The translations under genes were made by a program, and so were the position numbers. This document shows positions 51,500-64,000 of a stretch of 64,000 bases of DNA, one piece after another; the stretch's first letter is position 1; every line of letters begins with the position of its first letter. The notes below the pieces were generated by a model, which was given only the letters and a program-made list of their open reading frames with translations, was not told the origin of the DNA and ran no database searches. The DNA comes from Chrysomallon squamiferum (Eukaryota > Animalia > Mollusca): positions 186,001 through 250,000 of the forward strand of contig CM022673.1 of assembly GCA_012295275.1 (NCBI GenBank), read 5' to 3'.

Positions 51500-51770
51500 A
51501 GAAATTCGTCCACTCCCACTCTGCAACGATTAACAACTATTCGCGGTTCGTGAGGTCGAACCATCCAGTAAATTACAATGTTTCTTCCCTTGTCAGAAGA
51601 ACTCGGCGTTTCCCTTATGCAAACAGGGAAGCAACAGGGATTTGTGGGTTGCTACGTAAGCACGGAAGCCGCGCCCCTTAATATTCCCACAGGTGTGTGC
51701 TCACGTGGCCAAACTGCATCGAACAGATCGAGATGAAAGAATGGATGACCAGTTATATTGCAGCGTCTTA
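51500..51770 (+). promoter_or_regulatory. GC/CpG-rich promoter candidate of the secreted-protein gene
   Basis: GCCGCGCCC, CACGTG 51702-51707, TACGTAA and CGGAAG lie directly upstream of the signal-peptide exon. Confidence 0.5.
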
Positions 51771-51863
51771 CCTCCTACACACAATTGTTTTCGCCAGTGA
51801 TATATACCACATTACAGCTAAGTCTTTCAAATTATGAAATTTTATATTTTCGAGTTCAGACAC

Positions 51864-51987
51864 ATGGACTTATTTGTTATGAGTTCCCGACATGCGCTGC
51901 TGTTGGCGCTTTTTCTCACGTGCCTTTACGAGCCATCTCTAGCCTTTCCAGCTGATGATGTTCAACGGAGTGTATCATTTTCGAAAT
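51864..51987 (+). CDS. First coding exon (partial gene) of an unidentified secreted protein or prepropeptide
   Basis: MDLFVMSSRHALLLALFLTCLYEPSLA|FPADDVQRSVSFSK followed by a phase-1 donor T|GTAAGT. Typical signal peptide with SLA-F cleavage. Alternative start ATG at 51879. No convincing second exon was found in the window. Confidence 0.65.
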
Positions 51988-51992
51988 GTAAG

Positions 51993-52027
<35 letters not shown>

Positions 52028-52320
52028 AATATTATTAATTTTATTATTATTTCTACTGCTACTCCTATTTTATGTTTTCAAGAAAAATAATTTCTCTGCT
52101 CAAAATATACAAATTATTCTAATAATACTTAAAGAAAACAAATTTCTTAGCTGTTCGAAACAGTCAAAACATAAATTAGGGAGTAAGCAACGGCAAGGCG
52201 ATCTGCTAAGTAGCAATGGATAACAAAATCAATTCTTCTCAGAGCAATCATTAAGCTAGATCCCATTCCAACCACTTACCCACGTCCGTTAAAGACTTAT
52301 ATAATTGGAATGTCGATATA

Positions 52321-52772
52321 CAGTGGTACGAGTGCTCCAAGTCACGAATTTTCCGAGTTATGAGCAGCCACCCGGTCGAGTTTTGCTTTGAGTTGCGAGC
52401 CAAAATCTGAGTTACGAGCGAGCTTTAGATTCGCTGCCGCTAGTTGGCGCATCTCACTCGTTCGCTTCAGGTGGTTATCTCGCCGTGGAAGCATCTCTGT
52501 TGTGCTCGCGTTTTGTGCAGTATTTTCCCAACTGTCCATGGATCCTAAGAGAGTGAGTGCAAAGGACAGTGCTGAGAAGAAGAAGTGGATGATATCCATG
52601 GAATTAAAGCATGAAATCATAGAAAAACATGAGCTAGGTGGTTTTGGGGGACTGGAACGGATTAATGGTATTTCAGTTAATTTCAGTTGGGAAAACTGAT
52701 TTAATATAAGAGCAATTTGAATTATGAGCTCGGTCACGGAAGGAATTAAACTCGTAAGTCAAAGTATCATTG
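52321..52772 (+). mobile_element. Tigger/pogo DNA transposon internal-deletion derivative, copy 1
   Basis: TA-CAGTGGTAC ... GTATCATTG-TA termini. Retains the transposase N-terminus MDPKRVSAKDSAEKKKWMISMELKHEIIEKHE (CENP-B/psq-type HTH). Confidence 0.8.
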
Positions 52773-53944
52773 TACATGCATATTAACAGATGGCAGAGAA
52801 AACGTATGTGTCATTCCATAAAAACTGTTAAATCATCTTTAATCATTATTATTGTTTTCTGTGTATGGGAAGGTGTAAAGATAACATATATTTTGTTGAA
52901 GAGATAACTGTCGTCATTATAGAATAAAGTGACTCACAGCTATTAACCGTTAATATAAAGAAGTTTTGGAGGTTTTCGCCAAACTGAAAAGTGAAGGTTT
53001 CAATTTTGAAATAGTTCAAGGTGCAGAGATTCCATGTTATTTTCGTATAAATACTAATGGAGGTCAAATTATTTAATTTAGTATGAAGAAAAAATTAATA
53101 CAGTTTATAGGACAATGTTAAAATCTTTATGATAACTTTTATAAAATATCGCCTCAGTTTAGGATAATGAATGTCATAATACATAGTCAACGCAAAGCAT
53201 AAAAAGCAAGTTTCTTAATTACAATTTGCAAACATTTATTTCTGCCTTCGTTTCTTTCAGATTTAATATATGTATAATAAAAATACTACTAATAATATAA
53301 AACAACAAAACAAACAAAACAAATAAATAAAAATAAAAAGGTAAGAAGAAAATAACTGAAACTGTTAAAACTACTTCTGTTAATACTCTGCTACTACTCC
53401 TGCTACCACAGCAACTCATATTACTTACACTGCTATTATCACTTCTGCTACTACTGTTATTACAACAAAAACTACAACTGTTACCACTGCCACTACTACT
53501 ACGACTATTAATATTATTACAACTCCTAATCTTCCTCCTACGTCTACTGCTGCTGTTGCTTATTATCCTCATCATCTCATTATAGCAACAGACTAAGAAA
53601 ATTGTAGTTGAGTTTTAAAGTGTATCAAATTACTTGTCGTCATTTACATCCAGCTCTGTTTGCTCATTAAAAAGATTTCCATTTGTACATCGCCAGTCGA
53701 TACAGAAAACATTGAACGCAAATATGATGCAATAAAATTATTTACATAGCAAATACTTCTGAACTGTATTCAACAATCTGCTTTGTGTCGAAGGATAATT
53801 GTTTATGCATGGAATACAGCAAAGGAAATGGTAAATTTGAAAAGCAAGAAAGAAAAATGGACCTAATCATTATCTGAATTATATTTAAGGCTCAAATTAT
53901 ACATTGTATTATAGAATATAAAAACATGTTTTTCTGTTGTCTGT

Positions 53945-54400
53945 ACTATGATAAATACTTTACTATCGAATAAACTATAATGATAAATATTTCGCCACTG
54001 AATAAAAATATTCGTCTGCTGAATATAGGGTCTATTGAGTAAATCATTCTAATTTTGGGTATGCTATAAGTATAACGATAAATATTCTACTGTTGAGTGT
54101 ACTATAACGATAAACATTCTAATTTTGACAATATTATAATGAAAAATCATATTATCTAGTATATTATACAATGAACATAATATTATCGAGAATACTATAA
54201 TGATAAAAATATAATATTGAATATATTATAGTGATAAACATTCTGCTGTTGAGTGTATTTCAATGAAAAATCTACTACTGAGTATACTAAAATGATATAT
54301 ATTCTGCACTGAGTATACTATAATGAAAAAATATATTATCGAGTATAGTAAAACGATAAATATTATATTATCGCGAATACTATAATGATAAATATTCTAC
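53945..54400. repeat. ~25-27-bp degenerate minisatellite
   Basis: Recurrent tactataatgataaatattctactgttgag-like units. Confidence 0.85.
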
Positions 54401-54840
54401 TTTGAAGAGATGACGATAACCAGTAGATGTCTGCTGACTTGTTTTAATTACTGTTAAACTTTATTACTGGCAAATGAATTAAAAAAACATAAACCTATTT
54501 TTGTTATATATGTGAAGACTTTAATTCCTATAACGCGATAAACGCCAAAATCAAATAATTGTTTTGAAAACACGCCACCAAACGTTCAGTATTTGATGGC
54601 TATTCAGTTCCCTATAATCATTTCTTCATAATTCTATATTCGCCGCTGATCTATGCAGTAGACTATAGACCTTCGTTGCATAACGTTATAAACTGCTGGG
54701 CAGAAATAGTCATTTTTCTCAAAACAAACAAAATGGATTTATAGCGTTTTGGAACCAAGCATTTCATGTATTCACTCCACCATATAAATACTTTCGTAAA
54801 TCTTTGATAATGACAGGCTTTATTCTAAAAACAAGGTCCC

Positions 54841-54893
<53 letters not shown>

Positions 54894-54965
54894 TTTTTTA
54901 TTTATTTTTATTTATTTATTTCTTAAAACAACACGGATTGGTTATAAATTGATTACACCATAGAG

Positions 54966-55216
54966 CAGTGGTTCTCAACCTTTTTTTGCCAACGCCACAC
55001 CTTGGAACATATGAAAAAATAGCGGCACACCTGGCTAAATATATATGAAAAATATTTGAATTTTGCAAAATAAAAACATGGCAAGTCATAGACAGCATGC
55101 AGCTGTAACTCAAGTTCAGTGTTGGAAGAATGGTTTATGAAAGGATCTCTAATTAAACTGAGATTTGGATTTTCTTTTTCTACAAAATTTTGCGGCACAC
55201 TGGTTGACAACCACTG
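54966..55216. mobile_element. hAT (Charlie-like) MITE
   Basis: TIRs CAGTGGTTCTCAACC / GGTTGACAACCACTG, 8-bp TSD ccatagag / ccatagcg (7/8), subterminal gcggcacac repeats. Confidence 0.88.
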
Positions 55217-55759
55217 CCATAGCGTCAAACAGGAAAGGGCAAATTGTTTTCTGAGAAGCGGGTGCATGAGAACATGGCGCATCCTCAGAAAGTGTTACGT
55301 TAGTCGTGCCATTCAGAAACCCTCGCCGGCCGCTGTTTGCCCACGACTGGCGTGCACCACGGTTTTTCAGTTGTGAATGGATGCCATAACTTTACTGCGT
55401 GTTCGCTTCATACAATAAGAGCTAAAGAGTTCTAAGAAATTAATGGGTTCATTTTATTATTATTATTATTATTATTATTTATTTATTTGTTTATTTATTT
55501 ATTTAAAGAAGGATTATATTTTTGAATTGTAAAATTCTGCCTTTGTTGGCCTATTTTCTTTATTGTTTGATAATAATTATTTTCATTGTAAAAGTCGTCT
55601 CTATTCAGTGACTTGCTAAAGAGTGTATAATAAACGGAAAAATAAAAGTTAGAAAATTGATAGTAAATTGGTATGTATTAAAGCTAAAGTATCCATTATT
55701 AATCAAATTCGACTTCATTTTATGTGAACTGAAAACTATAAAAACAAGACTACAGATAA

Positions 55760-55761
55760 TA

Positions 55762-55809
<48 letters not shown>

Positions 55810-55970
55810 AAAAGATGATGATAATAATAATAATAATAATAATAACAATGAAGATGATAATAATATTATTAATAATAATAATAATAATAATAATAACAAT
55901 GAAGATGATGATGATGATAATAATTATGAAGAAGATGATGATGGTAATAATAATAATAGTTATAATAACA
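55760..55970. repeat. (AAT)n/(GAT)n compound microsatellite
   Basis: Read directly. Confidence 0.9.
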
Positions 55971-56077
55971 CAGTAAATGTAACTATACATAATACACACA
56001 TACATAAAAACCAAAACCAAAATAACACGGGCACGTACATACGCGGATACATTCAGCTGCATCCTTTCTTGCGTCAT

Positions 56078-56489
<412 letters not shown>

Positions 56490-56530
56490 GAAATGGGTGA
56501 CACAAAAGCGGTAATGGACAAATATAATTA

Positions 56531-57188
56531 CAATTACGAGTGCACCAACTTACGAATTTTCCTAGTCACGAGCATTCGCCTGGTTGAGTTTTTGCTTTGA
56601 GTTGCGAGCCAGAATCTGAGTTATGAGCGAGCTTCAGTTACGCCGCCGCTAGTTGGCGCAACGAACAACACAGCATTCGCATCCCGCGTCTCACTCGTTT
56701 TCTTCACGTGGTTATCTCGCCGTTGAAGCATCTCTGTTGTGTTGTGCTTGCGTTTTGTGCAGTATTTTGCCAATTTTTTTTTTTTTTCTGACCATGGATC
56801 CTTAGAAAGTGAGTATAAAGGGCAGTGCTGAGAAGAAGAAGCATCTGATATCCATTGAATTAAAGCATGAATTCATAGAAAAACATCTGCGATATGTACC
56901 ATCCTGAAACAGGAGTCGATAAAGGCTGTAACTCCAGCCAAGATAAATACACTTTACAAAACCAAGTTATTTCTTTACATTCTCTTTTATTTTATTTTTA
57001 TACAATATTTGTCATTTATAAATACATTTTTCTTAATTAAAAAGACGTGACAAAAAAAAAAAAAAATAAAAAAAAATGGTTTTGGGGGCTGGAACGGATT
57101 AATGATATTTCAATTAATTTCAGTTGGGAAAATTGATTTGATATACGAGCAAATTGAGTTACGAGCTCGATCACGGAACGAATTAAAG
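56531..57188 (+). mobile_element. Tigger/pogo deletion derivative, copy 2
   Basis: Colinear with 52321-52772 (gagttttgctttgagttgcgagcc..., ggttttgggggctggaacggattaat...). Transposase remnant MDP*KVSIKGSAEKKKHLISIELKHEFIEK..ICTILKQESIKAVTPAK. The ends are eroded. Confidence 0.8.
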
Positions 57189-57570
57189 TTTAGTTGTGTT
57201 TTTACAAATAACTAGTACGTTAAATAATTATATATGTGCCTAGGACGCAGAATTCAGAGGGTTAAATTATTGATCTTAAATCAATTTTATTATTTAAGAT
57301 TTTCATTTTGCAAACTCCTGCTCAAGCCAAAAACTGTTTTTTTTTTTTTTTTTTTTTTTTTTTTTGTAATTTCCATTCACATGCTCATAAAGAAACCACC
57401 TTCTTTAATTTCCATTGTAAACCACATGTAGTGCCGTGTTTTTAAGCGAAAGCACGTTTGCCCCAAAACAAAAGGGTCACTACCATATTAACTGATATTG
57501 TGCTGATCTTATTAACTGATCTTATTGTATTTATTCTTGCAATTTAAAATAAATTTAAATTTTTGTTCTG

Positions 57571-57622
<52 letters not shown>

Positions 57623-59074
57623 TGGTATGTAAGGAGTTGGCTTTGACTAGTGCACAAAATTATCTTGTGTTATCCTATCAGGAAATAGCTCTTTAATTTA
57701 CCATGCAAGAATTCGTCATTAACTATGAAAGCAACGGACTAATATTAACTGTGGCATGAGACCCATCACTATGATCATGCGCCACTTCTGCGATCCTAAT
57801 TAACACAGCAGTTATGTATTGGCTGGTGTCGGTACTTATTGTTATTTTGGTTACTAATTGTGTGTATTGAGAAAGTCTACTGGACAGTTTGGAAAATTTA
57901 CATTAATGTCTTTATTATTACTGATAAAACGGAAAACCCACAATTATCTAATCATTTGCATGCAGGTAAGTGTATGAGCACAGTGGAAGATGGATATTTT
58001 AAAGCTGCCTATTACGGCTGCTGTTCGAGAATTATTAACTATTATTGAACTATATGGCAGAAATGAAGCTGTTATGATTCTTTTATGTTTTCCGGTAGAT
58101 GTGGGAGTGATGGCGTTTTTCAGATTAAGATAAAAGTAATGTTTATATCATCGATTAAATTCGTAATAATCGGTTATCATCGCAATGCATCGCTTACTAA
58201 GTACGTGGAGTGTTTCAAAATAATTATACCTTGGGCTTAAACCTATGTGCCGTAAATAATATGCATTCTGCCATCTTATTCGTGTCTGTTAGCCTGTTTC
58301 TATTTAATTATATGTATAATATATATATATAATAAAGAAATAATCATAAGATTATAGTGTTTCTAATATATACACATATTATATTATATTATATTATATT
58401 ATTATAAAATCTGAATCTGCTCTCAAAGATAATGCTGCTGTACTTGAATCCCCTTGAACTTTTGTTCCTAGGAATGAATATTAGAAAATAAGAATAAGCA
58501 TGACCTTGCAGGAATTAAGATTTGAATGCTGATAATATTCTGATTTCAGTTTTAAACGATACTCAATCAAAAGTCATGATTTCACTAATTAAGCCTTCGT
58601 CCTCCAAAATTACTTAGGTAAGAATATTTTCAGAACCGTTAATATATATTTTTATGTATATAATGTGTGTATATATGTGTGTGTATGTGTATGTGTGTAT
58701 ATACGTACATGAATGTATGAGGAATTTCAGTTTGATATGGTGAAATCGCTTAGTAATGATATAACATTCATCATCACTATCCGATTATGTTGAAGTTTTA
58801 ACGGTAATAAAATTTTACATCCCATATCCCGCCATAAATATTGTGTTATCCCTTCGTTCAGCGGTTTTCACATTGATTATAATATAGCAAATTATTAGTT
58901 TCACGTTACAGTTTAGTTTACACGTGATCATGAAAGACACGGCATATTGATGAATGTCCACTGATTATATATATATATATAATCAATATATAATCAATAT
59001 ATATATATATAATTGCAGTGTGTGGTAGATTAATTTCATATAAGGTTATTAGAATTCGGCGACCAGTAATATAC

Positions 59075-59375
59075 TGTTTATTATTTAAAATACAGTAGAC
59101 TCAAATACGAATATTATGTAGTTTATTTGTTTTCGTGAACTTTTTTTATTTATCACTCATTGTTTCGTTTAAAATACTCAGGACTCAAAGACGAATGTAA
59201 TACAGTTTAATTGTTATCGTGAGCAATTTGTATTGTTTCATTTAAAATACTCAGACTCAAATGCGAATATAATATAGTTTAATTGCTATCGTAAACATTT
59301 TGTATTGTTTATCATTTACGTTTCGTTTAAAATACAGAGGATTCGATTACGAATATAATGTAGTTTAATTGTTTA
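59075..59375. repeat. ~75-90-bp tandem repeat, 4 copies
   Basis: tttaaaatac..gactcaaa(t/g)acgaat..tagttta(a/t)ttg repeated four times. Confidence 0.8.
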
Positions 59376-59525
59376 TTTATTCATGCCATCATTATGTGAT
59401 TGTAATTTGACTTTAGTGGTAAATGCATGGGCGGATCTGCACTTTTAGAAACGGGAAGGAGTTATCTGTAATGTGGGTATGCGTTTGAAGTACAAACCAG
59501 TTTAATAAATAAATACAAATACAAA

Positions 59526-59572
<47 letters not shown>

Positions 59573-60835
59573 AGGGTTTATTATAGTTTATATTTGGGAT
59601 TACATGTGTGTGTGCGGCACCAAAATCTTTTTAATGGTCAGGGAGCACCTTCAAAAATTGAATAATGCGGACTGTATTTTAGCACTTTCATATTTTACAT
59701 ATATTATGGTCTACTTCAGGATGGACGATGAGAAAATGTATTAAAAGAAATTGGTGTTCTCGCTTAAGAACATGAACAAAAAACAACACAAAAAACCACA
59801 ACTGGAATTATTAACAAATTAAGCGCAACAGAAGGCAGAAAACGCACACTGCAGCCTTTTTACAAAAATAATCGTAGGAGATCGGCGTGGACAGGAAAGC
59901 ATGCAGTGGAAATTAAGAAGGATTAATCCCTTGACAAATTATGCCTCTTACCAATTCTGGATGGAAAATAAAGCAAAGGAGGAAATACGAACACAATTAA
60001 GAAGTAGCTGCGCTCACGTAAGAGGATAATAAAAAGGTGCATATCGGGAAAAGGAAGCACTTAAACACTACGAAGGAAGTTTTTGTGTGTAGCCTGTCAG
60101 TTAAAAAGAGAAGTATATTTGGTTTCCTTCCAGCATGCATTTAAATTTTTGTGTAAATATTTGTTCCCAGCAAAGTTGGAACCGATTACGAGCATGACAA
60201 GCGATGAGATAAAAATATGTAGAAATTGTTGCGTATTTCTCCGTTAGATAAAAAACTATTCATTTTTACTATAACTCTGTATGGCATCTTAGTCCAGTTT
60301 GTTCTCTGGTCGGGAACTAAGTAGAATAAGATCATATATCAGTTTATTTTCTTAGGAGAGTTCTCTATGATGAGGTAATGATAATAAGAAAAAGCGATAG
60401 AGGGAAATGCGGAAAATATACAATTGAATTTTGTTAAGGGAAATTCGTAAAAAACTAAAACAGTCGATTTACACTGAATATATGACTTAAATGGAACATT
60501 TAGATCTATCTTCCTTCACAGTCTGCCTTGTATTTGACCAGTAACCCCTGTAGTTATTGCTTAATAGCCATTTAAAGCGAAGTGGTAATGCCCTATTTCT
60601 GTAAGATAAACCGTCATGAACGACAACTATATTGTATAAAAGAGGAGAGCAAAATATTGAAAAAAAGATATCGCTTGAAATACGTTTTTTGTGACTTAAC
60701 GTTGATATTTTTGGTTTTCAAAATTTGAAAAGAATCAGCAAATTTTTTAAAAATTTCCTAGATTCAGATATTCAGATAGTGGATTTTTGACAGCTTTGAA
60801 ATGCAATATCGTTATAAAAATTGAGATATCATCAT

Positions 60836-60868
<33 letters not shown>

Positions 60869-62442
60869 CATCTGGAACTGAATGTCTTTCTGATTGGTAT
60901 ATAATACATCGTTATTTGAAAGTATTTAAAAAAAAACACAAAACATTCTTTAGCATTGCTATCATGTAATTCCACATAATCATAATGCACTATTACAGAA
61001 CTATTGCCTGAGCAAGGTTAATATCCGATATATTAAATATCGTTTTAGGTTCAGTGTGGTAACCTGGAAGTTAATCAACGTTCGATTTACTATCTCCTGT
61101 GCATATTGATCTTCTTTCGTGGTTTTTTTTTTTTTTAATTTTTTTTATAAAGAAACAGAATCCTTTTTTTTAATCTTTTTTTTTAAAATTATTATTATTA
61201 TTATTATTTGAGTAAATTTGATATTGATGTGGTCAGAAAATGAATGAGTAAAATAAAGAAAAACTAACTAACTAACTGAAAATGGGTTGCCATCACAGAT
61301 TCATTTAACTTTCCAGATGATATTAGTTTCATAATAAAAGAAGTAAAACTAGGGTTGGGCCATGGGAAATAAAAGTAAGCGATTTTTCCTGGCCAGAAAG
61401 GCTCCAAAGTGTGCAGCCAAGCATAAATAAATGGCAATTTTATATCTTTTTTTGTTTGTTGTATAAACAGCACTGTAGAGGATATCACGTTTAATTACTT
61501 TAACATCAGTCGTAGAAAATTTCCTAGATTCACGCTATAATAATCTCGACTTGTTTGACTGTGAAGGACGGAAATATTACAGAAGGACGTATTCCCGTGA
61601 AACTGAATAATTGGTTTCAGATTTTTAAATTATTATTATAATTTTTACCAACACATGTAATAAAATAAATTAAAATGAAGTCGGTTACTCAAAAATTCTA
61701 AATGCACCATTATTATTATTGTTACTATTACTGCTACTACTACTACTACTACTACTACTAGTAACAATAATATAATATGACTTCATAATAGTAACTATAT
61801 TAATTTTATATCGATTACTTCTTTCTTTTTCTTTCTTTCTTATTTTGTGTCGTGCACTATCTCTGGCCACTTGTCTCTGTTCTCCTCCTCTCAGTCTTAC
61901 CACTACCAGACTACTTTTACTGCTGCTGTTATTTAAGGGTTTTTATTATAATTATTATTGATAGTGGTTCTATGTAAAAATCAAAGCTTTGAAAAAGCTA
62001 CGCAACCCTTAGCTGTACCTCAAAACGTTATCCGCACACAGAAACATCAGGTATTGAATTTTGCTACATTAATGGAGTCAGGCGGTTATTTTTAATGTTT
62101 TAATGTTTTAATTTTTAAAAATTATTATTATTATTATTATTTTTTAATGATAATTACCTGTATTTTCACCCAAATACTTCGGGCGAATGTGATTAAATAT
62201 CATATTGTCCCTTCCTGTTTGAAAGACGAGAATAGCAGAATCAATGATTTGTTTTTAACTTCACATTTCCACCAACCCCCTTTTTGTCGCAAACTACGTT
62301 TTTTTTTTTGTGTTTTTTTTAACGCTAGCCTTAATGCGCTGATAAAATGAAATAATAAAACACGTTTAGCGCTTCAGGCAATTCACTGTTTTCTTCTGGC
62401 GACAGGGAGCACTTATCCCTCATTATAATGTGTATCCCCCGA

Positions 62443-62885
<443 letters not shown>

Positions 62886-64000
62886 CTCATATTTTTCCCA
62901 GTATGATTCATATAAAGAAGAAAACAACAACACAACCACAAACACATATATACACGCACACTGTCAGATACACACATAGAAAGATATTAATGCATTCAGA
63001 GATAAATATACACAGTATGTAAATCTAAAAAACATGCAGCTATACAGTCATATTTACCATCCAGGTTTTCCTTTTACCTATAGACTTACTATTACGCATG
63101 TGATGATATGAAAGTCCAGTAACCTAAATAGTTTTAAAAATTAAATTACGCGAACTGTTTGAAGTTTTCGCTGTTACGGCGGGTGCCCTGCCATAACGAG
63201 TGTGTGCGATGTAACGTAACCGGTGTCATTCATTTGACTGAATAGCGAACTGCACAGGACCTGCAGCAAACATGGGGAAATAACCTTTCTTCTACAGTTT
63301 CTATATGAAATCTGATACATTTTGAGAAGAAAACCACCACCACAACAACAACAACAACAACAAAAAAAAATATTAATAATAATAATAATAATAATAATAT
63401 CATATATACTTTCCAGAATGCAGGAACGTAGATTAAAAAGAATTTCGGGTTAGCATGACCCCGGAACCCTCTGGCAACTCCGGCTCTTTGACAAAGTGGT
63501 TTGAACGAAAGCACTGTATAAATTACATAGATTTAACATTAAGACATTTTCAGACATTATAAAGTAACTTAATTCTGTAAAGACAAAAGTTATTATCAGA
63601 ATAATGTTACTTTATGGATATAATAAGGTTATTGAATTATATGTAATTAAATGAAGATGTAATAATTGTATGATAATGTAAATGTATCCCTGTATCTAAA
63701 GAAGTTTGTATTTATGCAAGTATTTATGAATATGTTTATGCTTGTATTTATGTTTATGGATGTATATTTATGTATGAATTTATTTATGACTTTATGTATG
63801 TATGTGTATATGTGTATGTGTGAGTCTGTTTATTCAATCAGTTTCCAGATAGCTTATACATTTATGCTTATCACTGTATGCGAAATTCTTAACAATAATA
63901 ATAATAATAATTAAACATTTTCAAACAATTCATTTAACATTTTCTTGTTTTTTTTTTTTTGTGTTTTTTTTTTTTTTCCTTTTGTGAAGTTTGATTTATA

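Noticed and set aside
53219-53575. 118-aa Ser-rich/hydrophobic ORF
   Set aside because: It is a low-complexity (CTA/CTG)n-derived tract.
50490-54400. Regularly spaced repeats as a CRISPR-like array
   Set aside because: The units are contiguous tandem copies without unique spacers, the context is eukaryotic, and there are no cas genes.
58099-58617. Candidate second exons for the secreted gene (58099-58133 and 58550-58617)
   Set aside because: In the required phase both hit stop codons within 11-22 codons and show no recognisable motif. They cannot be supported.
58931-58952. TGAAAGACA start resembling miR-71
   Set aside because: Only the first 9 nt match, with no hairpin and no adjacent miR-2 copies.
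59700-60100. Purine-rich, coding-looking stretch
   Set aside because: No long open frame appears in the ORF track and no recognisable domain was found. It may be a TE remnant, but this is unsupported.

Overview
Very AT-rich, intron-containing animal DNA, probably a gastropod mollusc (inferred from protein divergence and SINE-like remnants, not proven). No prokaryotic features or CRISPR arrays are present. Bases 1-40 kb form a dense gene cluster, and I assembled its exons by hand with consistent phases. The genes are FDPS/FPPS (+, 8 coding exons, 356 aa), ATG101 (+, 8 exons, 218 aa), a probable decayed orphan gene (-), a secreted protein with three peritrophin-A chitin-binding domains (+, 3 exons, 214 aa), PKMYT1 (-, 15 exons, 531 aa) and MFAP1 (+, 10 exons, 439 aa). 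Bases 40-64 kb are gene-poor and retain CpG. They contain the signal-peptide first exon of an unidentified secreted protein, two Tigger/pogo deletion derivatives, a hAT MITE, a 96-bp palindrome, minisatellites and microsatellites. The most notable observations are: a U12-type intron in PKMYT1; decayed tandem copies of exon/intron junctions that leave decoy 5' splice sites in introns of the splicing-factor gene MFAP1, which also has a GC-AG intron; an SRE-3-like site beside a CCAAT box at the FPPS promoter; and a minisatellite carrying TACGTG (HRE-like) sites upstream of the orphan secreted gene. All functional interpretations are hypotheses made without tools.
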